A stretch of DNA of 64,000 nt from Desulfomonilia bacterium. GTDB lineage: Bacteria; Desulfobacterota; Desulfomonilia; UBA1062. Below the pieces are notes generated by a model. That model ran no database searches. It saw only the letters and a list, made by a program, of their open reading frames with translations, and was not told the DNA's origin. Within the stretch, counting starts at the first letter, position 1. Each line of letters starts with the position of its first letter. A program made the position numbers and the translations under genes. Below, piece after piece: positions 1-8,859 of the stretch. The DNA lies in the NCBI GenBank assembly GCA_050014195.1, contig JBEKDT010000013.1, positions 32,001 through 96,000 on the forward strand, in the 5' to 3' direction.

Positions 1-2946
1 AATGATGTCGTTGAGGTTCGATTCCAATATTTCGACGTATGCCCCCTGCTTTTCGTCAAGATTACCCAGTTTCAATTTATCCAGATAGGGGAGGGCAAGC
101 TCTTTTATGTTTGAGAGCACCTTCTCCTCAAGCTCATTCTTGTCCTGTTCGCCGCGCTTGAGAAGAACCTTCAGCGCGGTATTCGCTTCTTCGAGGTGAA
201 GCGATTCAAGTCTTAACTCTTCTTCTTTCTGCAAGAGGCTTTGCTCTGCCTGCTTGCGTTCTTCGATCTCCTTTTTAAGCCTGATATTTGCTTTAACCAG
301 CTCCTCTGTCCTTTCTTCCACCCGCTGCTCAAGGCTCTCATATGCCCTCTGGAGCTTCTGTTCGGTGATCTTGCGCTCTGTGATATCAACGAAAGAACAC
401 ATAAGGCAGATCGGTTTGCCGTCATCATTATTCACCATACTGGCAGTGATCTGCAAGGCGATGGGCTTGCCGTCCTTTCTGACTGCTATAATCTCGCCGA
501 ACCAATCCCCTTTCTCAAGGACGGAATGAAAAATCATATCCGCCTCATTCTTCGATTGGGCAAAACTCAAGGCTGATTTGCCAAGAACTTCTGATACGTC
601 ATTTCCACCCCAGAGACGCATGAAAGAATTGTTGACATAAGTGATGTTACCATTGAGATCGCCGATTGCGATCCCGTTGATAGAGGATGCAATGGCAAAG
701 TCCTTGATCTTGAGTTCCTCCTCCATGTGCTTGCGCTCTGTGATATCCACGAAAGAATCCATACCGTAGATGGGTTCACCTTTTTCATTGCGTACCATGT
801 TAACGGAGAGGTGGATGGTAATGGGTGAGCCGTCTTTCCGGTAACCTGATACCTCACCGGCCCAGCCTCCCTTCTCCCAGACAGTCTGATAGATCTCCAA
901 TGCCTCTTCTTGTGATTTGGCAAGGTTGAATGCAGATGTGCCGATTACCTCCGATGCATCATCGGCACCCCACATCTTAACTGCTGCATCGTTCACATAG
1001 ATGATATTACCTTCAACATCGGTAATACCGATGCCGACTATAGATGATGCAATAGCAAGATCCTTGATCCTGAGATCTTCCTCCATACGCTTGCGTTCGG
1101 TAACATCAACAAAGGAATCCATCAAACAGATCGGCTCGCCCTTTTCATTTCGCACAAGGCTCGCCGAGATGTGTACGGTTATGGGAGATCCGTCCTTCCT
1201 GTAGCCTGAAGCCTCGCCTGACCAGCTCCCTTTTTCAAAGATGGTCCTATAAATCTCGAGCGCCTCTTCCTCTGACTGAGCTAAGCTGAGCGCAGAGGTA
1301 CCGAGTACCTCTGCGGCATCTTCTGCCCCCCACATCTTAACTGCGGCGTTGTTCACATAAATAATGTTTCCTTCAAGATCACTGATCCCGATCCCATCGA
1401 TGGAAGATGCAATGGCAAAGTCTTTTATCCTGAATTCTTCCTCCATGCGTTTGCGTTCGGTAAGATCAACAAAGGAATCCATCATACAGATGGGCTCACC
1501 CTTTTCATTACGCACAAGGCTTGCGGTGAGATGTACTGTAATGGAGGACCCGTCCTTCCGGTACCCTGAAACCTCACCGGACCAACTTCCCTTTTCAAGG
1601 ACTGTCTGGTAGATCTCAATGGCCTCCTTTTCCGACTGGGCCAAGCTGAGTGCAGAGGTGCCGATCACCTCTGATATATTTTCTGCACCCCACATCTTGC
1701 GTGCAGCCTCATTGACATAGATGATGTTGCCTGCAAGGTCGCTGATGCCTATTCCATCGATAGAGGAAGCAATAGCGAAGTCTTTGACCTTGAGTTCTTC
1801 CTCCATTCGTTTGCGATCCGTTATGTCTACGAAGGAATCCATAGTGCAGATGGGTTCGCCTTTATCGTTGTGCACCAGGCTTGCGGTGAGGTGAACCGTG
1901 ATGGGGGAGCCATCTTTTCTTCTCCCAGTTATCTCACCTGACCATCCGCCCTTTTCCATGAATTCTTCAAACACCTTGAGTGCCTCTTCCTGGGAATCAG
2001 CGAATTCCAGGGCCGACATCCCGAGGACCTCGGAAGGATTATCCGCTCCCCACATCCTGAGGGCAGCCTCATTCATATAGATAATATTCCCCTCCAGATC
2101 ACCGAAGCCGATTCCATCGAGAGAGGAGGCTATAGCACTGTCTTTGATCCTCAGCTCGTTCTCAATACGCTTACGATCGGAGATATCGAGAAAGGAGCAC
2201 ATCAGGTTTATGGGTTCACCTTTTTCATTTCGCACGAGGCTTGCTGAAAGATGTACGGTAATCGGGGAACCGTCCATGATTTTACCGGTAATTTCTCCTG
2301 TCCAATAGCCTTGCTCATTGACAATATTCATGACCCGAATGGCCTCTTCCTCTGATTGAGCAAAAACGGTTATAGGTTTGCCCAGGATGTCAGCCGGGTT
2401 ATCTGTGCCCCACATCTTCAGCGCAGCTTTATTTACATAGGTGACATTTCCCTGGAGATCACCGATTGCTATTCCGTTGATGGATGATGCAATGGCGCTT
2501 TCTTTTATGCGGAGCTCTTCTTCGATATGCTTGCGGTCTGTTATATCAATAAAGGAGCACATCATACAGGTGGGCGTATCTGCCTCGTCGCGTACAAGGA
2601 ATGCAGACAGGAGAACGGTAATGGGCAAGCCATTCTTTCGTCTTCCAATGATCTCGCCTGACCACTCACCTTTTTCAAGAACGGTATGCATTATATTAAT
2701 CGCTTCCTGTTCTGACTGGGCAAAAACCGTAGCCGACTTGCCGATGATCTCGGATGGATCGTCAGTTCCCCACATCTTGAGGGCGGCATTATTCACATAA
2801 GTGACCACACCGTCGAGGCCGCCGATGGCGATACCATTTATGGAAGAAGCGATGGCATAGTCCTTGATGCGCGGGCCATCTTTATGAAATGATCTCTCGC
2901 TACCATTCATCAGTGAAATCTCTTTGGACGTTGATTCCTCAGCCAT
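1..2946 (-). CDS. Multi-PAS (7 x PAS/PAC) sensory transcriptional regulator, probably with a LuxR-type HTH beyond the window edge; 3' truncated
   Basis: Not in the ORF track. Read by hand: ATG at 2946 with GGAGG upstream; segments translated at the start, middle and end are all in one open frame. Seven 120-aa units of the type RIKDFAIASSIDGIGISDLEGNIIYVN..MWG..RKDGSPITVH..DVTERK. Ends LEEANTALKVLLKR..EEKVLSNIKELALPYL..ILESNLNDII, the linker I recognise from deltaproteobacterial PAS-LuxR proteins. Confidence 0.88.
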   Translation of the reverse strand, partial: MAEESTSKEISLMNGSERSFHKDGPRIKDYAIASSINGIAIGGLDGVVTYVNNAALKMWGTDDPSEIIGKSATVFAQSEQEAINIMHTVLEKGEWSGEIIGRRKNGLPITVLLSAFLVRDEADTPTCMMCSFIDITDRKHIEEELRIKESAIASSINGIAIGDLQGNVTYVNKAALKMWGTDNPADILGKPITVFAQSEEEAIRVMNIVNEQGYWTGEITGKIMDGSPITVHLSASLVRNEKGEPINLMCSFLDISDRKRIENELRIKDSAIASSLDGIGFGDLEGNIIYMNEAALRMWGADNPSEVLGMSALEFADSQEEALKVFEEFMEKGGWSGEITGRRKDGSPITVHLTASLVHNDKGEPICTMDSFVDITDRKRMEEELKVKDFAIASSIDGIGISDLAGNIIYVNEAARKMWGAENISEVIGTSALSLAQSEKEAIEIYQTVLEKGSWSGEVSGYRKDGSSITVHLTASLVRNEKGEPICMMDSFVDLTERKRMEEEFRIKDFAIASSIDGIGISDLEGNIIYVNNAAVKMWGAEDAAEVLGTSALSLAQSEEEALEIYRTIFEKGSWSGEASGYRKDGSPITVHISASLVRNEKGEPICLMDSFVDVTERKRMEEDLRIKDLAIASSIVGIGITDVEGNIIYVNDAAVKMWGADDASEVIGTSAFNLAKSQEEALEIYQTVWEKGGWAGEVSGYRKDGSPITIHLSVNMVRNEKGEPIYGMDSFVDITERKHMEEELKIKDFAIASSINGIAIGDLNGNITYVNNSFMRLWGGNDVSEVLGKSALSFAQSKNEADMIFHSVLEKGDWFGEIIAVRKDGKPIALQITASMVNNDDGKPICLMCSFVDITERKITEQKLQRAYESLEQRVEERTEELVKANIRLKKEIEERKQAEQSLLQKEEELRLESLHLEEANTALKVLLKRGEQDKNELEEKVLSNIKELALPYLDKLKLGNLDEKQGAYVEILESNLNDII
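361..2880 (-). repeat. Seven tandem 360-bp coding repeats (PAS domains)
   Basis: CACATC recurs at 971, 1331, 1691, 2051, 2411 and 2771. Units begin at 2880, 2520, 2160, 1800, 1440, 1080 and 720. Confidence 0.92.
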
Positions 2947-3131
2947 CAGTTTGTCCTCCGGGAAAAAGATACTATCTTTTCTTTTAACGAAACTCCATAT
3001 ACCTCTATAAATAGATTTTATTCTAAGTTGATATATACACAACAACTTGGAGATATGGGAAGTTTAACTTGAAGTTATGAAAGAAATCAGTTGTCTTACC
3101 CGATACCCTACGGCTGATTACCATATTCTTA

Positions 3132-4208
3132 TCAAAATGGCATGACAAGACCGACAGCAAAGTTTGCCACGAACACCTCGCTAAAGACTCCAACATGTTT
3201 GGGGTTCTCATAGCTATATGTGGTGACGTCATTACCGCCGATTGTTGGGGGGTTTGGGGTTGTTGCAATAGAGATCTGAAGGATCGGGTCGAATGTCTTC
3301 AGGTCATACCAGGTAGTACTCGCCTCTGCTACAAATTTAAGATTATTATATATTGGGACAGACATACCGCCAAGTAATTGCAGCAGCATGCCATTGACTG
3401 TCTGAGAATTATTCAGAGTGATTAAGTAATCAGGGCCTGCAAAATATTTATTTATTAGGTCCTTGCTGTCCGAGTGACGGGTTGCTATGCAGTACCCAAG
3501 GCCTCCACCCAAATAGGGACTGATCTTCCCGATTTGATCGAATTTGTACAGGGCGTTTAATGTGACAGGGAATATATAGAAGTCAGTGTGTACGTCGATC
3601 TGTTTCAGTGATTCGGAACTGGTGATCTGGTATACCCCTCCGCTACTGTACCCTATCCCAAGATTTTCCGCAGGCAAATCTTCGGCGTTAATAGTGGTTT
3701 GGCCTGCCTGGCCATAGTTACCTGGAGACCATTCCTCTGAGGCAACTTGAACGGATTTCCTGTCGCCCTTTATTGACCAATCGCCGGTAAGCATCATTGC
3801 ACCGAGACTAACACTTAGTGATAAATTTTCATCGATCTTTTGCCCAACACCGATTGATACGGATCCACCATAATTAAGGAATTCACGGAAAGTTCTGTCA
3901 AGGAGCGGTACAGCCACCCCGGTTTTCACAAAATAGAACATATTTTTTTCTTGAACAGTAGCCGCAAGAGCTTGATGAGATGGGTCAACCGTCTCGACCT
4001 GAGCTACCATAGTCCGGCTGTCTTTATCTTTGTGATCAATGGAGGTTGGTAATAAGGTATTACCGAGTGCATCAGTTGCTGGAGGCTGACCTATTGAGAT
4101 TGTTTGGCCATGCTGAGTTGCCGGGGTCGGTTGATCACCCTCTGATGCGGAAACAACCTGAGTTGAGGCTAAAATTAAAAATATTACAAATATGAGTTTT
4201 CTCTTCAT
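3132..4208 (-). CDS. Outer-membrane beta-barrel protein (OmpW/OmpA-like barrel with long insertions)
   Basis: Signal peptide MKRKLIFVIFLILASTQVVSA (start 4208; the ORF track starts at 4238), strand motif PVTLNALYKF..ISPYLGGGLGY, C-terminal Phe. Confidence 0.7.
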   Translation of the reverse strand: MKRKLIFVIFLILASTQVVSASEGDQPTPATQHGQTISIGQPPATDALGNTLLPTSIDHKDKDSRTMVAQVETVDPSHQALAATVQEKNMFYFVKTGVAVPLLDRTFREFLNYGGSVSIGVGQKIDENLSLSVSLGAMMLTGDWSIKGDRKSVQVASEEWSPGNYGQAGQTTINAEDLPAENLGIGYSSGGVYQITSSESLKQIDVHTDFYIFPVTLNALYKFDQIGKISPYLGGGLGYCIATRHSDSKDLINKYFAGPDYLITLNNSQTVNGMLLQLLGGMSVPIYNNLKFVAEASTTWYDLKTFDPILQISIATTPNPPTIGGNDVTTYSYENPKHVGVFSEVFVANFAVGLVMPF

Positions 4209-4487
4209 TCCCGAGACTCCAGAGTCTTGCACAGTCATTTCAATACCTTATATGGAATTATCGTTTATTATTATAATATACCACTAAAATTTATAGCAAA
4301 ATATGAGTATCTGTTAATGCATAGTTTTTTCATAGCAAAAAATATTCCTTAAATATGCATTTATAATTCATTGATATTGCGGTGATTATCTTATGATACT
4401 ATTACCTATTCATAACTGTAGGGAAAGTATATCCCTTATCAGGGAAAAACATTTCACACTCGGCACCCTGCCTAAAGAGGGTTTATG

Positions 4488-4515
4488 TTGACAAAAGACC
4501 AAGACTAAGGTCTTT
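4488..4515 (+). promoter_or_regulatory. Possible sigma70 -35 (TTGACA) abutting a palindromic operator AAAGACC-N8-GGTCTTT
   Basis: TTGACA at 4488-4493; perfect 7-bp inverted repeat at 4494-4500 and 4509-4515 in the divergent intergenic region. Confidence 0.35.
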
Positions 4516-4583
4516 AATGTCTTCAAATAAAGTTGTTCATATTATAAGAGAAAGAATTACTATGAAAACCTAACTGCGTAAAT

Positions 4584-5105
4584 ATGGAAATGAGTCTTCT
4601 TAAAAACTACACCATGCCGGGGCATACAGAAGGATCGTTTATGAAATTATATAAGTGGCCTGTTCGATTTATTATTATTGTGTTAGGATTATCGGTTTGT
4701 TTATATATTTTTTGGCCTAACGTAACGTTAGCTACAGGACAAAACCTCAACCCGAGAGAACCTTTTCATACATCATTTTTAATTCAAAACAAATCAATTT
4801 ATCCGATCTATGATGTTAAATGTGATTTTATATTTAATACTATTGAGGATGATAACCATCATGTATTCAGCAAATTGTCGGCCAATATCGATACGATGAA
4901 TTTAGAAAGTCTGGGCCGAACAGAAAGCAGGCCGATCATTTTCAAAGTGGCAATTAACGGGTTGGAAAAGGGCATACAAGGAGCTCATATTACTTTATTG
5001 TTATCATACAAATTACCAGTTATCGGCATAAAAATTTCAAAAATTATTCCTTTCACCGTTGAAAGAACCTCTACAAATACATACGAATGGTCCGAAAGCC
5101 ATTGA
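4584..5105 (+). CDS. Hypothetical membrane-anchored protein
   Basis: 173-aa ORF with one N-terminal hydrophobic helix and a beta-rich remainder; the true start may be later. Confidence 0.6.
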   Translation: MEMSLLKNYTMPGHTEGSFMKLYKWPVRFIIIVLGLSVCLYIFWPNVTLATGQNLNPREPFHTSFLIQNKSIYPIYDVKCDFIFNTIEDDNHHVFSKLSANIDTMNLESLGRTESRPIIFKVAINGLEKGIQGAHITLLLSYKLPVIGIKISKIIPFTVERTSTNTYEWSESH

Positions 5106-5216
5106 TGCTCATTACAAATTAGCTGTATTATAGATTTTGCTTGGTATGATGGTTTTGATTCTGTTAAACAATGGAGACGTTTCCTTGATAATATCTCTCA
5201 AAAAGGAGGGACTGAT

Positions 5217-6107
5217 ATGATAAAAGGTGGAAATAACAAAAGGTTCCTCGCTGTTTTTATTGTCTCTCTGCTCCTTATTGCAGGGTGCAGTTCAAGTAAT
5301 GGTACTGCGAACATTACCAACCCATATGAAACACAAGATGCTTCTGGTGTATGGCTGGGATATATAGGCAATGCTTTTGTTATAGGCATCATTACAACGG
5401 ATGATAATGAAAATTATTCGGGACGCTTTATGGGCCAATATAATGAAAGCAAAGTATTCACGCAATTTTTAACCCCGGATGGGTCTTATCTGACACAAAC
5501 ACCTGAGACGGCTATCTATACGGGAACTCTTGAAGAATGTGTATGGGACACTACTGGCCCTGATTACTACAATAAATTGCCACTTCAGACACTATCAATA
5601 TTAAGCAGTGTATCTGCGAAAAGTGTTTTTGGAGGGCCGCTTTTCAGTTCAGCAGTATATAATGAACAACCTTATATTCCAGAGCAAATACAGACAGGAG
5701 AATTGATATTATATTATAACACCACCTATGATCTATCGCCGAATGTCAACAATCTTTCTGGGCAGTGGGAAATAACGAATATATTAACGAAAGGTAATAC
5801 CCTAATCTTAACAATAACACCCGATACGGCAGGTACTAATGGGACAACGCATATTTCGGGTAGTGACACGAAGGGTAATCAATTCGACGGGACAATTACT
5901 ATTCATGTTACCCCGGTGCCTCATAACATATATGATGTGAGCCTCAAGATGAATAACAGTATTGACCTCACCGGCCTTGTCACGTATGTACTGGAAGAAA
6001 CATCGGCAGGAGAAGGAATATCACTCCCACAAAAGACACTTGTTATCGGTGCAACAGACAAGGATAAGAACTATTCCTTAAGCGGACTTGCAAATAAAAA
6101 GGAGTAA
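5217..6107 (+). CDS. Lipoprotein of unknown function
   Basis: AGGAGG RBS, lipobox LIAG-C followed by SSS, Thr/Gly-rich beta-type sequence. Confidence 0.8.
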   Translation: MIKGGNNKRFLAVFIVSLLLIAGCSSSNGTANITNPYETQDASGVWLGYIGNAFVIGIITTDDNENYSGRFMGQYNESKVFTQFLTPDGSYLTQTPETAIYTGTLEECVWDTTGPDYYNKLPLQTLSILSSVSAKSVFGGPLFSSAVYNEQPYIPEQIQTGELILYYNTTYDLSPNVNNLSGQWEITNILTKGNTLILTITPDTAGTNGTTHISGSDTKGNQFDGTITIHVTPVPHNIYDVSLKMNNSIDLTGLVTYVLEETSAGEGISLPQKTLVIGATDKDKNYSLSGLANKKE

Positions 6108-6150
6108 AATCAATCGGTGAGCAGAAGGTATCATCATAATGTAAAATATA

Positions 6151-6326
6151 TAGGGTATCTCTAAAAATTGATGATCTCGAAAAAGAATGAGCGATCTCAT
6201 CCTCAGTGTCATTCCCGCGGAAGCTTCGAATCCAGTTATTTTGAGTAGTTCTGGACCTCCGCTTTCGCGGGGGTGACAATAAAAATAAATTCGTATGAAA
6301 TCCCCTGCATTTTTAGAGGTACCTTA
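6151..6326. mobile_element. MITE/REP-like palindromic element, copy 1
   Basis: Outer inverted repeats TAGGGTATCTCTAAAAAT / ATTTTTAGAGGTACCTTA (16/18, TA ends) enclose core 6207-6278 TGTCATTCCCGCGGAAGCTTCGAATCCAG..CTGGACCTCCGCTTTCGCGGGGGTGACA. Confidence 0.7.
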
Positions 6327-6472
6327 TAGTGATTCAGTATGGTTGAAAGCCCGTGGTATCCGTGGAATGATGACCGGTTATAAGTAAAATATTTTTTGGA
6401 ACCCAGGTCACGTTAGTTGAAAAACTTTTCTCTGAAGCATGGCAATTTCTTTCCACTTTTCTTCGGCAGGAA

Positions 6473-6485
6473 CAATGCATTGATT
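6473..6485 (-). promoter_or_regulatory. IHF binding site
   Basis: Minus strand AATCAATGCATTG is a perfect WATCAA-N4-TTR, about 30 bp upstream of the sigma54 motif. Confidence 0.55.
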
Positions 6486-6515
6486 ATAACTAATTGAAAT
6501 ATAGATATTATTATA

Positions 6516-6531
6516 TGGCAAGCTTATTGCT
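6516..6531 (+). promoter_or_regulatory. Sigma54 (RpoN) -24/-12 promoter
   Basis: TGGCAAGCTTATTGCT: GG-N10-GC with TGGCA and TTGCT, directly upstream of the first operon gene. Confidence 0.72.
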
Positions 6532-6545
6532 ATTATCAAAGGCGT

Positions 6546-7268
6546 ATGACTATCAGACACCTTTTGGGCCTGTGGGTTTATAAGATGAATTGGAATAAGT
6601 GGATTAGAGGTTTCTTGACACTTATTCTTTCCATGGTTGTGATGATCATGTTATCCGCGCCCCTTTATGCTGATGTGAACGTCCAGGATCTGGAAATGGG
6701 GACCCACGATTATATCATTGACAAACAGCAGTCATTTAATTGTTCCATGGTCCAGATGAGTGATAATGAGCTTTCCGACGTGACTGCCGCCGGTTTTTCC
6801 AGTTTCACGTGGGATAATAGTATCCCAGATATTAGTGTCGCCACGGCATATCTCAATATCCAGACGAGCACGTTCACTGAGATCCAATCCCTTAAGATGG
6901 GTTATCATAATAGTGGCTGGGATGAAGACTGGACGAATGTTTCGCTTGGTTCATCAACGCAGGATCTTGTTTGCAAAGGGTTCACTATTCAGGCTAGTTT
7001 CTCAAACCTCACCGATCCGGCAACGAGAACACTCAACAGCCTCACAGTTGGCACCCCTTCGATGACCGGCCCCATCAGTGCCTACTTCAATTCGTTTACC
7101 GGGCATATAGGGAACGGTACAGATACAGGAGGGGTCGACTATACCCGGACAGACCTCTCAAGCTCCGGCACCGTCGTGAGGACGATCTATAGTAACAGTG
7201 ATAAGTTCTATATACAGCTTTCAAGCACAGGTTGGTTGTTTTACTGGAGAAATGGTACGCTCAATTGA
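6546..7268 (+). CDS. Secreted FilA/DUF6160-related minor subunit with C39-type leader
   Basis: Signal peptide ending APLYA; internal leader MVQMSDNELSDVTAA-G; Ser/Thr-rich beta sequence. Start may be 6585. Confidence 0.65.
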   Translation: MTIRHLLGLWVYKMNWNKWIRGFLTLILSMVVMIMLSAPLYADVNVQDLEMGTHDYIIDKQQSFNCSMVQMSDNELSDVTAAGFSSFTWDNSIPDISVATAYLNIQTSTFTEIQSLKMGYHNSGWDEDWTNVSLGSSTQDLVCKGFTIQASFSNLTDPATRTLNSLTVGTPSMTGPISAYFNSFTGHIGNGTDTGGVDYTRTDLSSSGTVVRTIYSNSDKFYIQLSSTGWLFYWRNGTLN

Positions 7269-7526
7269 GAAAGGCTTATAAAGAAGTTATGAAGACACAC
7301 AGGGCACTTACACTTAAAGTATGTAAATGCGATTCAATCGGGAGAGGGAGGTCTTTGCAGTGATTCTCCCAGCCCTGTGCATTTTATAAGGAAGGAAAAA
7401 TCGAAAAGGGGGTGATGCTTGGGTAGTAGGACTAAGTAGGACTAACCAATACAGACCAACAGGAAAAAAGGAAATGCATTAACAATGACGCAACTAAGAA
7501 AAAATAAAAAATGGAGGCAAAACGTT

Positions 7527-8756
7527 ATGAAGAGAGTATTGACTATTCTGGCTATTCTTCTCCTGCCCCTTTCCGTATGGGCAATGACCCCTGTCACTGA
7601 TTCCGACCTTTCCAATGTGACAGGCCAGGCTGGCGTGAGTATCAACCAGGATGTTATGATGAACATCCATATGGACGTCATGGCATGGGGTGATACTGAT
7701 GGCCTCGGTTTAGCAGGCATCGGCACCACTTCTGCACTTAAAACCGGTCTCAACCCATGGACCGACGTTACCACGGGCGGTTACATTGGTATCAAAGGCT
7801 TTGACATGGCTCTGAGGATAAAGGCACGTACCACTGATACATACGGTGCAGCCACTGGTTCAGACACGAACGCTGTTTATGGTGTTTATAACCCAACCAG
7901 TTATCCCGGCCTCAAGCCTCTGACCATCGATGTTGCGACTACGACTGCCGCCCAGGATCCCAACCTCTATGGCGCCGGCGTGACCTTTGTTCGCATCGGT
8001 CTTGGTTCCATGGAAATCGACGTGAGCGCAATGTCGTTTGATATCGGCCTCAGCTCACATGCTGGCGTTACTGCCACCAATGCCCCGACTCTTAATCAGA
8101 TTCTCGGCACCGTATCAATGGGTAACATCGGCATCTTCATCAGCCCCTACAGCTATGTTGACATCTACAATGGCGCCAGAGGAACAGGTTCTGGTGTAAC
8201 CTTCGGCATCCACTTCCAGATCGATCAGTTCAACATGGACTATATCTCATGGGGTGACAAGGATGGCTTTACCAACGTCGACACAAGCGATAATGCTGGT
8301 ATGCTACCAGGCTACACCAATACTAATCCGTTCCCCTGGGCCGCAGCAACTAAGGGCGGTTATATAGGGCTTGGCACGCTTAGGGTTGGTGGACCGATCA
8401 CGATCACAGGCACCGTGAATATTGACGTGGGTACTGTGACAACCGGTTACTATGCCTCGGCTGCCGCTATTCTGACCGGTGGTACAATAACAAATGTGCC
8501 GATGGTCCACATTACATTCGGGAATATGTCTGCTGCTGCTGGCGGACCCGCAGCGGGCCCAGCTTATGCTAACGGTGTAGGCCTTGAGGTGAATGTCCCC
8601 TCGATTATGGCAAACATAGCCCTTAGCGACACAGCAAATTTACTGAATAATTTTACTGGTTCCGTGCCGTCTGCAAATGTGTTGGGTGACATCTACATCA
8701 GCAACTTTAATTTCAAGATTATTAAAGGCAGCTGGGTAGACATCTTTGCCCACTAG
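7527..8756 (+). CDS. DUF6160/FilA-like secreted protein, probable major fibre subunit
   Basis: GGAGG RBS at 7513, start 7527 (ORF track 7485). Signal peptide LSVWA, then MTPVTDSDLSNVTGQAGVSI. Gly/Thr/Ala-rich, Cys-free, internal two-fold repeat, ends WVDIFAH. Confidence 0.8.
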   Translation: MKRVLTILAILLLPLSVWAMTPVTDSDLSNVTGQAGVSINQDVMMNIHMDVMAWGDTDGLGLAGIGTTSALKTGLNPWTDVTTGGYIGIKGFDMALRIKARTTDTYGAATGSDTNAVYGVYNPTSYPGLKPLTIDVATTTAAQDPNLYGAGVTFVRIGLGSMEIDVSAMSFDIGLSSHAGVTATNAPTLNQILGTVSMGNIGIFISPYSYVDIYNGARGTGSGVTFGIHFQIDQFNMDYISWGDKDGFTNVDTSDNAGMLPGYTNTNPFPWAAATKGGYIGLGTLRVGGPITITGTVNIDVGTVTTGYYASAAAILTGGTITNVPMVHITFGNMSAAAGGPAAGPAYANGVGLEVNVPSIMANIALSDTANLLNNFTGSVPSANVLGDIYISNFNFKIIKGSWVDIFAH

Positions 8757-8768
8757 TTGATTACTTGC

Positions 8769-8811
8769 GAGGAAACAGGGGGGCTTTGTCTCCCCTGTTC
8801 CTCCTTTTATT
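8769..8811 (+). terminator. Intrinsic terminator/attenuator after the major subunit gene
   Basis: GAGGAAACAGGGG..CCCCTGTTCCTC stem followed by CTTTTATT. Confidence 0.7.
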
Positions 8812-8859
8812 GATATGGAATGAAATGAGGATAAAGCGGAGGGATAATAAAAGGACATT

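Noticed and set aside
213-2800. Several short ORFs in the ORF track (e.g. 241..576, 567..923, 1001..1204, 1364..1612, 2441..2800)
   Set aside because: They are antisense or off-frame shadows of the long minus-strand PAS gene; their mutual similarity just reflects the 360-bp repeat.
361-2880. Regular repeats as a CRISPR array or non-coding satellite
   Set aside because: The period is 360 bp, fully coding, with no short repeat-spacer structure and no cas genes.
7290-7380. c-di-GMP-I riboswitch (starts CACAGGGCA)
   Set aside because: No GAAA tetraloop stem or GACGCAAAG-type core follows; kept only as an unassigned structure.
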